Positions 28,221 to 38,524 of a stretch of DNA of 64,000 nucleotides are shown here, piece after piece; the first letter of the stretch is position 1, and each line of letters opens with the position of its first letter. Source of the DNA: Bacteroidales bacterium (lineage in GTDB: Bacteria; Bacteroidota; Bacteroidia; Bacteroidales; WCHB1-69). The notes under the pieces are model-generated. The model ran no database searches. It had not been told where the DNA came from and saw only the letters and a list, made by a program, of their open reading frames with translations. The stretch is from positions 7,165 through 71,164 of the forward strand of contig JAFXTS010000008.1 of assembly GCA_017535665.1 (NCBI GenBank). The letters are read 5' to 3'. The position numbers and the translations under genes were made by a program.

Positions 28221-30373
28221 TATCGACTGATAATTAACTTCTTTAAGGCAATATCGTTGTCGTTCATGACAGAAATGACATATACACCGCAAGACAGGTC
28301 GCTAACCGACAGGACGTTCAGTTCGCTGCTGGGGTTCACGGGCAGGGTGCGCACCACACGGCCGTTCAGGTCGGCAATACGCAACTGACCATTGCGGAAG
28401 GAAGCGGGCACCAGCACGCTCACCTGTTCGTGGGCGGGGTTAGGATACACCTCCAAGGAGAAATCGTTGAAGTCAGACACCGCATTTTCTGGATCTTCAG
28501 GATCTTCTGGGTCTTGCACTTCCACACCATCAGAGTACCAAGAAGCGGCGAAACCGCTACGTTCAATATAGTTGTCGCTGATGAAACGCACGCGCATCAC
28601 ACCTGTATTACTCAGCACTGCGCTGGGAAGCGAACTTCCAGTGTAGGTACCTAACAGATGGCTATCATCTTCAGTCTCACTATTATAAATCATCACCATA
28701 TCCTCATTGCTGATGTCGAACTGCGAGAAGGTGAGACGTACGTAGGTAGCATTGTTGGGTTTAATTATCCACGAGCAGTAAGCGTCCTGCGCGTAACTCT
28801 CGTCATCGCTACCGTCTTCAAAAGTACCAGTAGGAGTGGTGAAATTGGTATTGGCAGAGCAGGTGACGAAACGCTTGCTGGTGAACCGAATTTTCCATCC
28901 AGCTGCAGTTCCCGCCCAGTCGGAAGTGAAACGCAGGTAGGCCAAAGGTCCCTGGATGTACGGACAATCGGTCGGGTTGAAGGTGTTGCCCGTATATTCA
29001 GCCACCAAGTTGCCACCGTTGTCGGGATTAGCATCATAAATACGCAGATAATCATGACCCTCTTCCAAATCCAAATCCACAATACCGATGGTGATAGACT
29101 TACCATTTTCAGGTTGGATGATATAGTTACAGGTCATATTATTCTGATAATCAAGATGACCGCTACCATCTTCTAATGAACCGGCCGAAGAGTTGACGGT
29201 CACAGTGCCCTGGCAATAGTTAGGATAGCTATTGACCGGAGGATGAATATTGTGGACTACCGTTTGCGAAGCAGAAAAACCGCCTACTGCATTGCTGCCA
29301 TTGGTAGCTACGGTATAATAGCCATTACCGGTGCCTCCCCAACCCCAGTTGAAGTGGAAAAGGTCGTCGGAGTCGTAGCCATCGCACACGAAGGCATGGC
29401 CACCTTCATTCTCTGCGTATCCACTATAAATGATGGGATAACCATTGTCGAGGTCGCCTTTCAGCAGGTCAATCCACTGCTCATCGGTATAACTGCTACC
29501 GCCCCAAGGTCCCCAGCCACCTCCACGATTGGCAACGGCGATATCGTTAGAATATTGGTAATAATCTCTCAAAGCATTCTTACAGTCAGCGGTTTGTGCT
29601 CCTGACCCTTCAGGATCAAATCCCATCTCAACTGCAATAGCACAATGGAAGATCAGCTTAGCCACCTCGTTGTTTTTCTTCGACAAAGAGTATGGCATCA
29701 CATCATAGTTGTAGTTTTGCTGGGAATAATTGACGGAGAAATAGCCGTATGAAGAATAATAGCCATGGCTACCCTGTCCGGTGGCGGGATAGCGGTAGTA
29801 GTGTATGACCGATGCCATGGCGAGTGCCACGCAGCCGCAGGGCACATGGCCGCCATAACCGAATGGTGAAGCATCATCGGCGGGACAAAGATCGTTGTAG
29901 TACTTGCTCTGGTTCCATTTGGAGGGCAGCAACGGAGCCACTATCTCGCTACGGGTGGCGCGGGCGCCGGTACCTTCAAGCTCCTGCCACTGGCGAGCCA
30001 CCTCAGCGGTAGCAGATGCGTTCTGCTGGCGGGTCTGATAGACCATTTCCTTATAGCCATCCAACCAGTACAGGGCTGCAGGCGCGGAGTTGTCGAGCTC
30101 GAAATCATCCTCCAACGAGTAGGCCAGTACTGGAGAAACGGCATCATCGGCAGACATGATGAGAAAACCACCGTTCTGAAAATGCAGAATGGCCATCAAC
30201 GTATCAGTGCCTTCGGTCAGGAAATCCACATCCTTGACGACAGCGACCTGATGGGTACGCTGCTGGAAAGCATTGCATCCCAGATGAATAACTCTTGAAG
30301 CCGGCACTCCTTCCGCAAAAATTGACAGAGGCAGAAGTGCTAAAACAATAAGGGGTAAAAGAAGTTTTTTCAT
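28220..30373 (-). CDS. C10 (streptopain-like) cysteine peptidase with two CUB-like domains and a T9SS C-terminal sorting domain
   Basis: N-terminal Spi-inhibitor-like prodomain. Catalytic region CGCVALAMA...GGHAFVCDGYD..FHFNWGWGGTGNGYY. Two CUB-like repeats (CNYIIQPENG.., CSWIIKPNNA..). CTD VYPNPAHEQVSVLV...GVYVISV. Confidence 0.85.
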   Translation of the reverse strand: MKKLLLPLIVLALLPLSIFAEGVPASRVIHLGCNAFQQRTHQVAVVKDVDFLTEGTDTLMAILHFQNGGFLIMSADDAVSPVLAYSLEDDFELDNSAPAALYWLDGYKEMVYQTRQQNASATAEVARQWQELEGTGARATRSEIVAPLLPSKWNQSKYYNDLCPADDASPFGYGGHVPCGCVALAMASVIHYYRYPATGQGSHGYYSSYGYFSVNYSQQNYNYDVMPYSLSKKNNEVAKLIFHCAIAVEMGFDPEGSGAQTADCKNALRDYYQYSNDIAVANRGGGWGPWGGSSYTDEQWIDLLKGDLDNGYPIIYSGYAENEGGHAFVCDGYDSDDLFHFNWGWGGTGNGYYTVATNGSNAVGGFSASQTVVHNIHPPVNSYPNYCQGTVTVNSSAGSLEDGSGHLDYQNNMTCNYIIQPENGKSITIGIVDLDLEEGHDYLRIYDANPDNGGNLVAEYTGNTFNPTDCPYIQGPLAYLRFTSDWAGTAAGWKIRFTSKRFVTCSANTNFTTPTGTFEDGSDDESYAQDAYCSWIIKPNNATYVRLTFSQFDISNEDMVMIYNSETEDDSHLLGTYTGSSLPSAVLSNTGVMRVRFISDNYIERSGFAASWYSDGVEVQDPEDPEDPENAVSDFNDFSLEVYPNPAHEQVSVLVPASFRNGQLRIADLNGRVVRTLPVNPSSELNVLSVSDLSCGVYVISVMNDNDIALKKLIISR

Positions 30374-30391
30374 GTTATAAATTTAAGGGTA

Positions 30392-30399
30392 CAAAAGTA
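30392..30399 (-). promoter_or_regulatory. -7 box TACTTTTG upstream of the C10 peptidase gene
   Basis: Exact match 18 nt before the ATG at 30373. Confidence 0.4.
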
Positions 30400-30470
30400 C
30401 AAAAAAAGAGCTTTGTGCGGCGATTTTTTTTCAGCGAATTTCAAAAAAACGTCAGCCATCCATGCCGATG

Positions 30471-30929
30471 TCACACCGTAGGACAAAGCTCATGGAGGAG
30501 AGCGGTACAACCGGCGGTAACATCCTCCCAGGTGGCATCGAAATTGCCTGTGTACCAAGGGTCTGCCACGTCGTGAGGGTGGTCGGTATGATCCATCAGC
30601 AGAGATACCTTGTTCTGGGAATCGGCACCGATGATGCGCTGGATGCCGCGCAGGTTGGAGTGATCCATGGCGATGATAAGGTCGTAATAGTCGTAGTCGG
30701 CACGCGACATCTGGCGGGCGGTTTTTCCCTCGCAACAGATGCCATTTTCGGCCAGCTTGCGGCGGGCGGGCGGATATACAGGATTGCCCCACTCTTCAGT
30801 AGAGGTGGCTGCCGACGCAATCTCAAACTGCTCCTCCAATCCGGCATCTTTCACCATCTTCTTCATCACAAACTCCGCCATCGGACTGCGACAAATATTG
30901 CCCAGACAAACAAAAAGTATTTTATGCAT
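30471..30929 (-). CDS. Low-molecular-weight protein-tyrosine phosphatase
   Basis: MHKILFVCLGNICRSPMAE (CX5R(S/T) loop) and DPWY. Confidence 0.9.
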   Translation of the reverse strand: MHKILFVCLGNICRSPMAEFVMKKMVKDAGLEEQFEIASAATSTEEWGNPVYPPARRKLAENGICCEGKTARQMSRADYDYYDLIIAMDHSNLRGIQRIIGADSQNKVSLLMDHTDHPHDVADPWYTGNFDATWEDVTAGCTALLHELCPTV

Positions 30930-30951
30930 TATTTTATTGAATAATAATAAA

Positions 30952-31971
30952 TTACGGAATTTCCAAAACAGAAATCACATCGTCGGCAAGGAACTTGGCA
31001 CCCGGATAATGGTCGGTATAGTCCAAATTAATCCAGATGTCACCGTAGCCGTCTTCATGGCAATAAATCTTCTTTTTTCTTGCCATTTTAGAAAACAACT
31101 GATTGCGGATCAGATTTTTAACCATCTTATAATCTTCCTTATTCTCAATCTTGAGTTCGGGATAGACATGGGTTTCCGTTCGCACCAGGCGCACAGTGCC
31201 GCCGATGGAGGTGATGCAAGCGGCCATCAGCACCGAATAGTCATCGCAGTCGCCACAGAAAGTGCCCAACGACTCCTCTGCTGGGGCGATATAATCGCGA
31301 TGGACGGGGTCGCTAACATATTTCCATTTGGAGTCAATTTCCTTATAGATAGAGAAATACTGCACATACTGCCATCCTTTGCCCTTCTGTTGTTTGGTAA
31401 AATTCTTGGTGGCAGCTTTCAACGAGTACTGCCGCACTGCGGGAGTGAAACGGGAGGCTTTCAGAAATTCGCGGTACTTGGGGAAAGGGCGTTGCAGGAA
31501 GACATCCTTCAGACTTTTCTTCTCATTGGAAACATTATACAGAAAACCGCTATAGTCGTAACCGACATCTCTGAAGGAATACTTGCCAACAAGGGTAGAG
31601 ATGGTGAGCAAAACCAGTATCACACCGATGATGGTCCAGATGGTGTATTTGATTTTTCTGAAAAGATAGAACAAACCGGAGGTACAGACAAGACCGGCGA
31701 TGCCCGGTACGATCCAACCCGTGGCGGGGAAGATTCGGCGGAGCAGCACCACAAAGGGGAAAACGAGAAAAGCGACCAAGAAGAAAAAGATGACACGGCT
31801 CACCCATGTCTGCTGTTCATGGATAATCTCCTTTGCAGTACGGGGTTTCTCGCGTCTTTCGCGTCTTCTGCGTTTCACCCGCTCCCTGCGTCTCTCCTTT
31901 GCTGACGCAGGAGTACCCGCAGCCTGTTCAGCAGCAGAATTCTGCACTATTTCCGTATTATTCTCACTCAT
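30952..31971 (-). CDS. Transglutaminase-like cysteine-protease-fold membrane protein with a highly basic N-terminus
   Basis: GDCDDYSVLMAACITSIGG is a transglutaminase-core-like Cys motif. N-terminal KERRRERVKRRRRERREKPR is followed by TM helices. Confidence 0.6.
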   Translation of the reverse strand: MSENNTEIVQNSAAEQAAGTPASAKERRRERVKRRRRERREKPRTAKEIIHEQQTWVSRVIFFFLVAFLVFPFVVLLRRIFPATGWIVPGIAGLVCTSGLFYLFRKIKYTIWTIIGVILVLLTISTLVGKYSFRDVGYDYSGFLYNVSNEKKSLKDVFLQRPFPKYREFLKASRFTPAVRQYSLKAATKNFTKQQKGKGWQYVQYFSIYKEIDSKWKYVSDPVHRDYIAPAEESLGTFCGDCDDYSVLMAACITSIGGTVRLVRTETHVYPELKIENKEDYKMVKNLIRNQLFSKMARKKKIYCHEDGYGDIWINLDYTDHYPGAKFLADDVISVLEIP

Positions 31972-33683
31972 TTTTCAGTAATCTTATTCAAATTCTCACT
32001 CAGAAAATGACCGCAATCCTCGAATGTCTTGAAGGTAAGTTCTTCAGGCACGAGGTTGGGAATCACCTTCATTTTCGTGAGCATATACATTGGCTGGGGC
32101 TGGATGATGGTCATCAGCACCGTAACGCCCTTGGCTTGCAAATCCTTGATGGCGGTCTCCATGGCATACAGTCCCGACTGGTCCATAAAAGATACGAGTC
32201 GCATACGGATGATCACGATTTTGGCATCATCGGGGATGTCGTGCATCACCTCTTGGAAACGGGTGATGGAGCCGAAGAAGATAGGGCCGTTGAGACGCTG
32301 GATATAGATTTTGCTGCGCACCTCGTCGGTCAGCACCTTCTCATCCTCCCACGGTATCTCCTTGTCGAAGGCGGTCATCTGGTCGGAGTGGTAGCCGCCC
32401 TCCACGAGGTCGCTGGCGCGTTTCATGAAGAGCACGCAGGCGATGATCATGCCGATACCCACCGCGATGAGTAAATCCACAAACACGGTGAGGAACAGCA
32501 CGGTAAGCAGCACCACAGCATCGGCGCGGGGAATCTTGAGCAGGTCTTTGAAACCCTTGACATCGATGATGCCAATACCCACAGTAATCAAGATACCGGC
32601 CAGCACCGACAGCGGCACGAATTTCACCAGTTTGCCGAGACCGAGCAGCACCGCCAGCAGGAAGATGCCATGTACAATACCCGACAACCGGTTGCGGCCA
32701 CCGCTCTTGATGTTGACGACGGTACGCATAGTGGCACCAGCACCCGGAAGGCCTGCGAACAAGCCGACCAGCATGTTACCCACGCCCTGTCCCATCAGCT
32801 CCTGGTTGCTGTTGTGCTTAGTCTTGGTGGTATTGTCGGCCACCACCGAGGTGAGCAGCGTGTCGATGGAACCCAGACCGGCCAGCGTCATCGCCGGCAG
32901 CACCGACATCTTGATGACCGACAGCCACTGCACTTGTGAGAAGTCCATGCCCTCTTTGAGGAAGAAGGGCATCGGGAAGCCAGACGGGATTTCACCGATG
33001 GTGAGTTTATCATCAAAGTGTATGCATACAGCCACGATGGTCATCACCACCAAAGCCACCAACGTGGACGGCACTTTCTTGGTAATGAGCGGGAAAAGAT
33101 AGATGATGGCCACTGTGCCGAGTCCCAACAGCAGCGCGGCCAGGCTGAAACCGCTGATATGCGAAGGCAGCTGGGTGATCATATCCACAATCAGCACCGG
33201 CGACTTGAGGCCGAACAGCGGGTAAATCTGCTGCACGATGATGATGATGCCGATACCGCTCATGAAGCCGGACAGCACCGGATAAGGTATGTAGCGGATA
33301 TATTTGCCAATTTTCAGAATGCCGAACAAAATCTGGAAGAGGCCGCACAGGATGGCGGCAATGGCCATGCTGACGATGACCGTGGAGATGTTGTGCGAAC
33401 TGGCCCACACGCCCGAAATCAGCGTGGCGGAGATGACCGTCATCGGACCGGTGGGACCGCTGATCTGCGATGGAGTGCCGCCGAACAGGGAGGCGAAAAT
33501 GCCAATCATGATGGCACCGGTAAGGCCTGCCAAAGCACCGATAGCCCCCGCCCCGACATTTGGGTCATCAATCACACCAAATGCCTGAATACCAAAAGCA
33601 AGCGCCAGCGGCAACGCCACGATTCCAGCGGTAATTCCTCCAAAAATATCACCCTTCAAATTACTCTTGTCAAATATTTTCAT
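31968..33683 (-). CDS. SulP family anion permease with C-terminal STAS domain
   Basis: GDIFGGITAGIVALPLALAFG, multiple TM helices, and a STAS-like tail (VIIRMRLVSFMDQSGLYAMETAIKDL). Confidence 0.88.
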   Translation of the reverse strand: MKIFDKSNLKGDIFGGITAGIVALPLALAFGIQAFGVIDDPNVGAGAIGALAGLTGAIMIGIFASLFGGTPSQISGPTGPMTVISATLISGVWASSHNISTVIVSMAIAAILCGLFQILFGILKIGKYIRYIPYPVLSGFMSGIGIIIIVQQIYPLFGLKSPVLIVDMITQLPSHISGFSLAALLLGLGTVAIIYLFPLITKKVPSTLVALVVMTIVAVCIHFDDKLTIGEIPSGFPMPFFLKEGMDFSQVQWLSVIKMSVLPAMTLAGLGSIDTLLTSVVADNTTKTKHNSNQELMGQGVGNMLVGLFAGLPGAGATMRTVVNIKSGGRNRLSGIVHGIFLLAVLLGLGKLVKFVPLSVLAGILITVGIGIIDVKGFKDLLKIPRADAVVLLTVLFLTVFVDLLIAVGIGMIIACVLFMKRASDLVEGGYHSDQMTAFDKEIPWEDEKVLTDEVRSKIYIQRLNGPIFFGSITRFQEVMHDIPDDAKIVIIRMRLVSFMDQSGLYAMETAIKDLQAKGVTVLMTIIQPQPMYMLTKMKVIPNLVPEELTFKTFEDCGHFLSENLNKITEK

Positions 33684-33709
33684 CTCTCACTAATATTATT
33701 CAAAATCAC

Positions 33710-35233
33710 TTATTTTCTATGCAATAACATCCCTTTCGCTGCATCCCACACCTTGCGCACCAGCACACGCTCCAAATACAGCAGAACGCCCACATAAACC
33801 AGCAAGAACAGCGTATTCAGCACCAGTCTCAGCCAAGTTTTATCGGGCAGATAACCCAGCACCATCAAGTGCGAAGTCACCCTGACCAGTGCGTACACGA
33901 CGCCAGCCAGCATGAAATAGCCGAACACTACCTTCAGCTGGTAGGGCACGGGATTACGCTTTTGCCCCACCAGGTAGGAGAGCACCATGCAGATGCCATA
34001 ACCGGCGAAACCGCCCCACGCACAAGCCATGTAACCAAATTTCGGCACAAACAGGAAGTTGATGGCCAGCAGTGCGGCACACCCGATGCCCGAGAATATC
34101 GCGCCCCACCACGTCTCCTTGTTGAGCTTGTACCAGAAAGAGAGGTTGAAATAGATGCCCATGAAAATCTCGGCCATCATCACAATAGGAACCGCCTGAA
34201 GACCATCCCAATAATCGCTGCTGATGATGAACTTGAAAATGTCGAGGTAGCACACCACGATGAGGAACGCGAGCAGAGTGAAGATGACAAAGTAGTTCAT
34301 CACCACCGCCTGCGACTCCTTGCTGCCCTTTTCGCGCTGGCCGCCAAACACAAACGGCTCGTAGGCATAGCGGAAGGCCTGGGTGAACATGGCGATGATC
34401 ATGGCGATTTTGACGCAGGCGCCATAGATGCCGAGCTGCACCTCCCCTTCCGCACCGGGCACGATGAAACGGTAGCAAATCTTGTCGGCCACCTGATTGA
34501 GAATACCGACCAAGCCCAACAGCAGCAGCGGCCACGTGTATTTCAGCATCTGCTTCAGCAACTGCCGGTCAATGCCAAACCGCAGGTTCTTCATCTCGGG
34601 GATGAACCCCAAGGTGATGAGGGCTGTACACAGCAAGTTAACGGCAAAGATGTAGGCCACCTGTTGGGCGGGCTGGTACCACGCCATCAGCGACGGGGCA
34701 GACTCCTTCAAGGAGGGTGCCACGAGGAAGACGAACAGGTTCAAGCCGATATTCAGCACGATGAAGAGCAGTTTCAAAGCTGCGAACTTGACGGCTTTAT
34801 TCTGGTACCGAAGTTGGGCAAACAGGATGGCCTGGAAAGCATCGAGGGCCACCACGGTCGCCATCATCCGCAGATACTCGGGATGATTGCCATAGTCCAA
34901 AGCACTGGAAATCGGGCCTCCGAACACCATACATACAATCCAAAACAGCAGCGACACCAGTCCGACGGAATTGGCCGCGGTGGCAAAAGCCTTTTGGGCA
35001 TCCACCTCCTCGCGGTTGGCGAAATAGAAGAAGGTGGTCTCCATACCGAAAGTGAGCAGCACCAGCAGCAGCGCGGTATAGGCATACACGTTGGTCACTA
35101 TGCCGTAGCCCCCCGACTCAGCCGCCATCTTGTATGTGTATAACGGCACCAGCAGGTAGTTCAGAAACCTTCCGATAATACTGCTCAGTCCGTAAATGGC
35201 CGTTTGACCGACTAATTTTTTAAGCGAAGGCAT
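33710..35233 (-). CDS. MOP/Wzx-type oligosaccharide flippase family protein
   Basis: About 14 TM helices. N-terminal LVGQTAIYGLSSIIGRFLNYLLVPLYT is typical of polysaccharide biosynthesis (PST) proteins. Confidence 0.75.
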   Translation of the reverse strand: MPSLKKLVGQTAIYGLSSIIGRFLNYLLVPLYTYKMAAESGGYGIVTNVYAYTALLLVLLTFGMETTFFYFANREEVDAQKAFATAANSVGLVSLLFWIVCMVFGGPISSALDYGNHPEYLRMMATVVALDAFQAILFAQLRYQNKAVKFAALKLLFIVLNIGLNLFVFLVAPSLKESAPSLMAWYQPAQQVAYIFAVNLLCTALITLGFIPEMKNLRFGIDRQLLKQMLKYTWPLLLLGLVGILNQVADKICYRFIVPGAEGEVQLGIYGACVKIAMIIAMFTQAFRYAYEPFVFGGQREKGSKESQAVVMNYFVIFTLLAFLIVVCYLDIFKFIISSDYWDGLQAVPIVMMAEIFMGIYFNLSFWYKLNKETWWGAIFSGIGCAALLAINFLFVPKFGYMACAWGGFAGYGICMVLSYLVGQKRNPVPYQLKVVFGYFMLAGVVYALVRVTSHLMVLGYLPDKTWLRLVLNTLFLLVYVGVLLYLERVLVRKVWDAAKGMLLHRK

Positions 35234-35236
35234 TTT

Positions 35237-36325
35237 TTAGATATATTTTTCTCCAAAATCAAGCTCCACATCGTTCACATACTGGCGAATCTGCTGTTCG
35301 CTGTTTTTCTTGCAAATCAGCAGCACATTGTCGTTGTCCACCACAATATAATCCTCCATCCCTTGCAGGACGACGGCCTTATTTTTCGGCACATTGATAA
35401 TACATCCCGTTGTGTTGTAAGTTTTCACCTTATTACCTGCCACCACATTCTGTTGTTCATCTTTTTGACTCACTTCATAAAGAGAGCCCCATGTGCCGAG
35501 GTCTGACCAGCCGAAGTCGGCGGCGTACACGCACACATTCTTGGCCTTCTCCATGATGCCATAGTCAACCGATATATTCTTGCAAACGAGATAGATAGAT
35601 TTGATAAACTCATCTTCGGCGGGGGTGTTGTAGATTCCCTCACCGCGCTTGAAGAGTTCGTAAACCTCGGGAAGATGGGTCATGAAGGCTTTCTCGATTT
35701 CGGGAAGCGACCACATGAAGATGCCGGCGTTCCAAAGGAACTCGCCACTCTCCACAAACTGGCGGGCGACCTCCAGCTCCGGTTTCTCGGTGAAGATCTT
35801 GACATCGTAGATGGAAGTGCCCTCGTACTGGCGATCCTCGTTGTACTGGATGTAGCCGTAGCCCGTGTTGGGCGATGACGGCCGGATGCCGATGGTGAGC
35901 AGCTTGGGATTGTCTTTCACGAACTGAAGTCCAGTAGTGATCACCTCGCGGAACACCTCCTCTTTGAGGATGACATGGTCGGACGGGGCCACCACCACCA
36001 CGGCGTTAGGGTTGCGCGCCTTGATCTTGAAGTTGGCGTAGGCGATGCAGGGGGCGGTGTTGCGACGTGCCGGTTCGAGCACCACTTGGTCGTCATTCAG
36101 CCCAGGAATCTGCGCCCGCACCTGTTCGGCGTAGATGGCGTTGGTAATGATATAGATATTTTCACGCGGACAAATCTGTGCGAAACGGTTGAAAGTTTTT
36201 TGAATCAAAGAACTTCCATCATCCAGTATATCAATAAATTGCTTTGGTTTGTGAGAACGGCTCATGGGCCAGAAACGGGCGCCCACGCCGCCTGCCATTA
36301 TTACACAAAAAAGGTCATGGTTCAT
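35237..36325 (-). CDS. manC: Mannose-1-phosphate guanylyltransferase
   Basis: VIMAGGVGARFWPMSR..PKQF nucleotidyltransferase motif. Size is about 360 aa. Confidence 0.85.
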   Translation of the reverse strand: MNHDLFCVIMAGGVGARFWPMSRSHKPKQFIDILDDGSSLIQKTFNRFAQICPRENIYIITNAIYAEQVRAQIPGLNDDQVVLEPARRNTAPCIAYANFKIKARNPNAVVVVAPSDHVILKEEVFREVITTGLQFVKDNPKLLTIGIRPSSPNTGYGYIQYNEDRQYEGTSIYDVKIFTEKPELEVARQFVESGEFLWNAGIFMWSLPEIEKAFMTHLPEVYELFKRGEGIYNTPAEDEFIKSIYLVCKNISVDYGIMEKAKNVCVYAADFGWSDLGTWGSLYEVSQKDEQQNVVAGNKVKTYNTTGCIINVPKNKAVVLQGMEDYIVVDNDNVLLICKKNSEQQIRQYVNDVELDFGEKYI

Positions 36326-36353
36326 ACTATTCTTTCATCTTAAAATAAGGCTG

Positions 36354-36361
36354 CAAAGATA
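36354..36361 (-). promoter_or_regulatory. -7 box TATCTTTG for manC (divergent promoter region)
   Basis: Exact match 28 nt before the ATG at 36325. Confidence 0.4.
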
Positions 36362-36383
36362 CAAAAAATTCGGCATTTTCTCG

Positions 36384-36391
36384 TACTTTTG
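36384..36391 (+). promoter_or_regulatory. -7 box TACTTTTG for cinA (divergent promoter region)
   Basis: Exact match 29 nt before the ATG at 36421. Confidence 0.45.
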
Positions 36392-36420
36392 CAAACGCAT
36401 TTTTTAACCGAGAAACTATT

Positions 36421-37680
36421 ATGAACAGCAGCCTTATCAATATCGGCGACGAGCTCCTGATCGGGCAGGTCGTCAACACCAACGCGGCCAAGATGTCGCA
36501 AATGCTTGGTGCCGCCGGCATCGAAGTCGCACAAGTCATCACCATCGGCGACGATGCCGAAGCCATCCGCACCGCCCTCACCGATGCTCTGAGAACCAGC
36601 GAGATTGTACTCATCACCGGCGGACTCGGTCCCACCAAGGACGACATCACCAAAAAGGTGCTGTGCGACTTTTTCCACAGCGAGCTGTACGAAGATGCCG
36701 AGGCCTTGGAGAATGTGAAAAGGCGCATGGCCGCCCACGGCCGCGAGCTCACCGACATCAACCGGCAGCAGGCATGGGTGCCCCGCTGCTGCACGGTGCT
36801 CAACAACCCGCTCGGCACCGCGCCGGGAATGTGGTTCGACACGCAGGACGGGAACGGGCGCCGGCAGGTGGTGGTGTCGCTGCCGGGCGTGCCCTTCGAG
36901 ATGGTGGGACTGATGGAGAACGAGGTGGTGCCGCGCCTGCGCGAGGCTTTCCATACCGGCCATATCCTGCACCGCACCCTGATCACGCAAGGCATCGGCG
37001 AGTCGTTTCTCAGCGACCTCATCGAGCCATGGGAGCTGGCGCTGCCCCGCAACATCCGGCTCGCCTACCTGCCCCAGCCCGGCCTCACCCGTCTGCGGCT
37101 GACCGCCCGCGGCGACGACCCGGCCGTTTTGCAGCAGCAGGTGGAGACCGCCGTGCAAGGACTGATGCAGATTGCCGGCCAGTACATCCTCTGCGATGGC
37201 TTCGACACGCTTCCCGAGTTCATCGCCCACACCATGGTCACCGCAGGCCTCACCCTCGCCACGGCCGAGAGCTGCACCGGCGGCGCAGTGGCCTCGCAGC
37301 TGACGGCCCTGCCGGGGGCTTCCGAGTACTATGTGGGCGGTGTGGTATCATACAGCAACGATGTGAAAGAAAGCGTATTGCAAGTTTCGCACGACACGTT
37401 GGTCACCCACGGAGCTGTAAGCGAGGAGACCGTCATCCAGATGGCGGAGGGGGTGCGCCGGCAGCTTCATGCCGACTTTGGTATCGCCACCACCGGCATT
37501 GCCGGACCTGGGGGCGGCACGCCCGAGAAGCCGGTCGGCACGGTGTGGATTGCCGTGGCCTCAGAGCACGGCACCATTACCCGCAAGCTGTCCATCCCAC
37601 GCCAGCGCGCGCAGGTGATTGAAGGCACCTGGCAGCAGCTGCTCGGACTGCTGGGGAAGTGCTTGAAGGAGAGGACATAA
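36421..37680 (+). CDS. cinA: CinA family competence/damage-inducible protein (nicotinamide-nucleotide amidohydrolase)
   Basis: INIGDELLIGQVVNTNA, ITGGLGPTKDDITK, and the C-terminal PncC domain ATAESCTGG..GIAGPGGG. Confidence 0.9.
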   Translation: MNSSLINIGDELLIGQVVNTNAAKMSQMLGAAGIEVAQVITIGDDAEAIRTALTDALRTSEIVLITGGLGPTKDDITKKVLCDFFHSELYEDAEALENVKRRMAAHGRELTDINRQQAWVPRCCTVLNNPLGTAPGMWFDTQDGNGRRQVVVSLPGVPFEMVGLMENEVVPRLREAFHTGHILHRTLITQGIGESFLSDLIEPWELALPRNIRLAYLPQPGLTRLRLTARGDDPAVLQQQVETAVQGLMQIAGQYILCDGFDTLPEFIAHTMVTAGLTLATAESCTGGAVASQLTALPGASEYYVGGVVSYSNDVKESVLQVSHDTLVTHGAVSEETVIQMAEGVRRQLHADFGIATTGIAGPGGGTPEKPVGTVWIAVASEHGTITRKLSIPRQRAQVIEGTWQQLLGLLGKCLKERT

Positions 37681-37688
37681 AGACAAGA

Positions 37689-38504
37689 CTAATCTGGCTG
37701 ATATTTAGAAGGCGCCCACGCTTGAAGCTGGCTCAGAATATCAACCGAGTTGTTTTGCTGTATTGGGAACTCCTTCATCATATTATGGGCAACCACACGA
37801 ACGGTGGTTTCATTGTAGGTTTCAATCACTGAGTAGGCAACAATGGCACTTCGATTGATTCGGATGAACCTATCGGAGGGCAAATGTTCTTCAAAATATG
37901 CGAGGGAAGAGTAGGTGTAAACACGTGGAGCAGTTTTGCGAACAATGGTGACTCGCCGCTTTTCATACGTCAGATAAGCTATGTCATCCATCGCCAACAG
38001 CGCGGTCATTTGGGATGGAAGGTCAACAAAAATACAGCCATCATTCATTTCAATAGCGGCTTTATTTCTCTGTTGCAATTGTATGGCCTGTAGTTCGCAC
38101 AATTTCGCAATATCGCCGACAATAATGAAGCACGCATTCCGTAAACACAGGAAAAATATTATATTCAATCGAAGTTTTACGTCAAATGCAACTCCATCTA
38201 TCTGGCTATATATAGCCATCTCATTTTTCTCCACCATACAAAATTCCGCATACCCGCTCAATAGGACAAGTAGAATCGTACAGACAAAGAAGAGCACAAA
38301 GCGTCTGCTTATCAGCAATTTGGGCACAAGAACAAAGTATGTCACATAAAACGACACTACCATGCAAAGCAGTGCACACAGTTCCACCCATAACGAGGGA
38401 TGCATAAGGCGCAGAAAGGAATTCTCCAAAAACAGATAGCCCACAACTGCCCAGAACAGCAGATGAACGATGACAAGAATGATTTTTTTAATGCGAATGG
38501 ACAT
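37689..38504 (-). CDS. Membrane-anchored LytTR DNA-binding domain protein (about 4 N-terminal TM helices plus a C-terminal LytTR domain)
   Basis: C-terminal IAYLTYEKRRVTIV...LAYFEEHLPSDRFIRINRSAIVAYSVI is a LytTR signature. Hydrophobic N-terminal half. Lower GC than the flanks. Confidence 0.8.
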   Translation of the reverse strand: MSIRIKKIILVIVHLLFWAVVGYLFLENSFLRLMHPSLWVELCALLCMVVSFYVTYFVLVPKLLISRRFVLFFVCTILLVLLSGYAEFCMVEKNEMAIYSQIDGVAFDVKLRLNIIFFLCLRNACFIIVGDIAKLCELQAIQLQQRNKAAIEMNDGCIFVDLPSQMTALLAMDDIAYLTYEKRRVTIVRKTAPRVYTYSSLAYFEEHLPSDRFIRINRSAIVAYSVIETYNETTVRVVAHNMMKEFPIQQNNSVDILSQLQAWAPSKYQPD

Positions 38505-38524
38505 TGTGATGTGGTATGGTTTTT

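Noticed and set aside
33869-35143. 424-aa plus-strand ORF antisense to the flippase gene. Similar long antisense ORFs occur at 4567-5577, 9638-10417, 18575-19546, 36340-37230, 43443-44528, 48264-49139 and 50471-51547.
   Set aside because: All lie fully inside well-supported genes on the other strand. They have biased, motif-free composition and no independent start or promoter context, so I treat them as shadow ORFs.
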